Assembly (NCBI RefSeq): GCF_009914755.1
Contig: NC_060947.1
Direction: 5' to 3' (one strand)
DNA length: 64,000 nt
Source: the human T2T-CHM13v2.0 reference genome, Homo sapiens
The notes beneath the pieces are model-generated. The model saw nothing but the letters and a program-made list of their open reading frames with translations. It had not been told where the DNA came from and searched no databases. A program made the translations under genes and the position numbers. Below are positions 60,106-64,000 of this stretch, piece after piece (within the stretch, counting starts at the first letter, position 1; every line of letters begins with the position of its first letter).

Positions 60106-60455
60106 TGTATTTGTTACCTAATGCTATATAACAGAATAATTTAAGCCAAATTAGTGGCTTAAAACAGCATTTATATTTCTCAGTTTCTGTGGGTCAAGTA
60201 CAGTTTAGCTGGTTTGTACAGCTCAGGGCACTTCATAAAGCTGTAATCAAGATATCTGCCGGGGCTGCAGTTATCTCAAGGCTCTCAGGGGGTCAGGATT
60301 CACTTAACGGGCTCAATCTCTCTCATATGGCTGTTGGCAGGTCTCAGATCCTATCTGTTGACCAGAAATATCAGCTCTGGCCCATGTGGGTATGTGTGTC
60401 TTTCAAGGGGCAGGGGTGAGATACTAAGTCTGAAGCCACAGTTTTTATAACCCAA
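60106..60455 (-). mobile_element. MLT1F/G-like LTR fragment
   Basis: ttagtggcttaaaaca...ctcagtttctgtgggtca...ggggctgcagttatctcaagg. Confidence 0.65.
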
Positions 60456-60494
60456 TTGATATAGTTTATTCCATTTGTGTCCCCACCCAAAAAA

Positions 60495-61730
60495 AGTGAG
60501 TCTCTTCTAGACATCATAGTTTTGTTTTGGTATTTTATCCATTTTGCTAATGTCTTTGTGTTAGATGAAGAATTTAATTCATTTATTGTTAGAGTATTTC
60601 CTGGTAAAAAATGACTTTTGTGATTTTGCTAATTAATTTCTACATTTCATACCTTTTCTGTTCCTCAATTCTTTTATTACCACCTTATTTTGCGAATATT
60701 TATTTTCTAGTGTGTTGCTTGTATTGTCTTCTCATTTCTTTTACTGTATAATTTATGGGTTTTTTTGGTGATTGCCCCGGAGATGATAATTTATATTTTA
60801 ATTTGTAACAATCTAGTTTGGACTATTATCAACTTAGTTTTAATACTATATAAAAGCTCTACTTCTGTAAGACTGTATGTTTCATTATCTTGTTATTATT
60901 ACAAATTTTACCTTTATGCAACATGTGTCCATCAACATGGAGCTCCAATTATTGTTTTATGCAATTGGCTTTTAAATGATAAAAAAAGGAATCACAATCC
61001 AAAAATACACTGATATTGATGTTTATATTTAACTATAGAATTAACTCTACCAGTGTTCTTTATTTTCTCTTGTAGTTTTAGTCACCATGTAGTGTCCTTT
61101 TATCTCAGCCTGAAGATTTCTGTTTGTTTGTTTGTTTTTTGAGACTGAGTCTCACTCTATTGTCCAGGCTGGAGTGCAGTAGCACAGTCTCGGCTCACTG
61201 CAATTCCCACCTCCCAGGTTCAAGGAATTCTCATGCCTCAGCCTCCCGAAGAGCTGGGATTACAGGTGCCCACCACCACGCCCGACTAAATTTTGTATTT
61301 TTAGTAGAGGCGGGATTTCACCATGTTGGCCAGGCTGGTCTCGAACTCCTGACCTCAAATGATCTGCCCACCTCAGCCTCTCAAAATGCTAGGATTACAG
61401 GTGTGAGCCACTGTGCCTGACCTGAAGGTCTTTTTCTTTTCCTCTTCTTCTTTTTTTTTTTTTTTTTTTTTTGCATTTCTTTGTAATGCAGGTCTACTAG
61501 CAATAAACTATCCTAGTAATTGTTTATCTAGGAATGTCTTATTTCTCCTTTATTTTTGGAAAATATTCTTGCAGGATATAGTATTCTGGAGTAACAGCAT
61601 TTTGTTTTTCCTTTCATAACATTGAATATATCATCTCACTGCCTTCTGATTTCAAAAGTTGCTGATGAGAAGTCAGTTGTTAATCTTACCGAAGATCCCT
61701 TGTACTTGATGAGTTGCTTTTCTCTTGCTT
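60495..61730 (-). mobile_element. Old L1M fragment split by an Alu
   Basis: catttcttgtaatgcaggtctactagcaat...gttgctgatgagaagtca. Confidence 0.65.
61121..61422 (-). mobile_element. AluSx/Sz
   Basis: (tttg)n tail and full dimer. Decayed TSD tgaagattt / tgaaggtct. Confidence 0.93.
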
Positions 61731-62119
61731 CTTTTTTTTTTTTGCTATGGATCAAACGTAACAAAAATGGTATAATAGGTACAATTCCAAGTCTTTCACA
61801 TGTGTCCACATTACGTCAAAAATCTACAGAATTATAGATTAAGGAGGAATTAGATTCTTATTCAATATAGAAAATGTAAAATGTATGAATCATCAGAGCT
61901 ATATAAACCCTCAAGAGTTGCTGGGATCATTGTTATCAAAGGTATCCAGATGAAGGCTAAATATGCTGTCACTTTCTGAGAAGAAAGTAGTTGGGATTCA
62001 TGCCTCAGACTGGAGTAGTATAAAATGATCTGTGAGAGACATTCTGGTAATTGGTAGTCTCTGATACTTAGATGATGTAACTAGCAGTATGGAGGAGCTG
62101 AGTAATTGAGTAAAAGAGC

Positions 62120-62530
62120 TGACTATATTCGTCACTGTAAGCTATATTTTACTGCAATGAGAAACACACTCAAAATTTTAGTGTCTTACAATAGCAGATT
62201 CATTTCTCACCCACTTTCCAAACCTTCTGTTGGCAAGTTTTGGCTCTACTCTATGGCTTATTTTATTCAGTCTCACGTTGAAAGAGCAACCCTTATCTGA
62301 GGTATGAACAGATTTTTTCACGACAAAAAGAACAATGGTACGAATGCACCTCACCTCTTAACACTTCTACTTGGATGGGACATATGTCCCTTCCACTCAC
62401 ATGCCATTAGCCTAAAGTCACATGAATTAGTCTGACAGGAATATGGTAGGGATGATACTCTTTCCATTAGTATATGCCCCAGGGAAATAAACAAGGACTT
62501 GGTAGAGTGGGCAGAAAATATTTTGAACAA
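62120..62530 (-). mobile_element. Old MaLR LTR (MLT1J/K-like)
   Basis: caaaattttagtgtctta...ttccactcacatgccattagcc...agtcacatg. Confidence 0.55.
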
Positions 62531-64000
62531 ATAATACAAACTACCACAGTGACATACAACAATTTCACCAAGGATTGATTTTGTTATATGTGATATGCTT
62601 TTGTAATGTAAGCCCTTTTTCTAAATATCTCTCTTTAGAGTATCAGTGATTCTACCTTCAAGTGAATTAATTTGAGTTCCTCTGAAACATCAATGGCACA
62701 GAAGAAATTACAATTTTAACTGAGGCAAGAAGGTTAGAGAAAGCTGTTAGCTTCCAGTTTCAACCCCAGATTCAACAGAATAAGAATGTTTTAAAAACAC
62801 TGTGAAGCAAATTTATTGCCCTGAGCTATCACAAGTCTTAGATAATTAGATTTTTAATTTTCCAAACAGCATTGTTATTGATTAACAACTTCAAGCCCCT
62901 TTTTTTCTGGTTTAAACTAGGTTTTATACCACAATTTTTGTTTTATTCAATCTTGGTCTTTGTCCTGTGGCGGGCTGGCTCTTTATTTAGTTCTGCCTGT
63001 TTAGCACTTGATTTTCTTTCTGTTTTGTCGCTAATACTCTTTACTCAAACATATTTCTAGTACAGCTTTATAGTCAACATTGCCTAGAATCAACACATGC
63101 TTTCAACTTAGGTTACCCAACTCCTACTTTATTCTGATTGAATAATCTACTTACCTCTAGTCATCAACGAAACCCCTTAATTTCTCAGCTACCAGTTTAG
63201 TCACTAGGTGGTGCTATGCCTTTATTGCTGGCCTAGGTTTAATTCTTTGGAATCATGTCACTGATTCTGCCACATTGGATGATTCTGGAAAATACAGTCT
63301 ACCAGGAGAAGGAGGAAGGCTTGGAAACCAGGGAGTAGTTGGGAATAATGTGAAGATGTAGAAAAAAAATTGTGTTATTTATACAACAAGACCCTGGGAG
63401 AGGCTATGGTTGAGGGAATCCACTGTAAATGTTGAAGTGTCATTTTTGGAAAGAATAAAGGAAAACTGTGAAAGAGGAAGAAATTAGAAAGGAATGAGTG
63501 CTCTTGACGCAAATGTATCATGTGTAGTATAATAGTTGAAGGAGTTCATTCATAATGGCCTCACTTTTATCTGTGAATAAGGCTGAGAGTGAGAGGTTGA
63601 TGGAGAACAAAAAACTTAGCTAAATGAACATTATTTGGAATATCCATTTCAAGACTTAAGAAGCTATTTAAAATAAAATAGATAGATAGATAGAATACAG
63701 AGCATTTAAAGCTGTTTAAAATAAGATATATATATATATGGAATATAGAGCACTAACCGGGGATTAACTGATATTTCAAGATCAAGAAATAAATCACAGA
63801 AATCAGAAAGGATATATCATCAATGCATACAATACTTTTCTGTAGAATGAAACCTAACATGTAGCTATGGGTTTATTTGGGGTATTTTAAGTTTACCTAA
63901 TGTTAATATTATAATGTTTCTTGGTTTAACCATTTATTTTTAAACACTGGTAGTGCAAGGAAATAGAAATATAAAAGCTATGTCTTTAGCATTTTTACAT

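Overview
AT-rich human genomic DNA (an L1HS-Ta copy with diagnostic nucleotides makes it human; Alu, THE1 and LTR12 make it primate). It is intergenic or deep-intronic and consists mostly of nested transposable elements: L1s of many ages, Alus, an ERV1 provirus remnant with a tRNA-Pro PBS, a solo LTR12, THE1, MST/MLT LTRs, MER1, L2 and MIR. I can support no protein-coding gene; the recognisable ORFs are L1 ORF2 remnants, Alu antisense frames or simple repeats. The most notable structure is a very short L1HS-Ta insertion (8395-8564) whose 5' junction carries a perfect 59-bp inverted copy of the upstream flank inside the target-site duplication (TSD). There are also several atypical L1 events: a tail-less internal ORF2 fragment, an L1 lacking its distal 3' UTR, two 5'-inverted L1s and post-insertion deletions. 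I did not find a new multi-gene system. Subfamily names come from recalled consensus sequences, not a database search, and boundaries of old elements are approximate.
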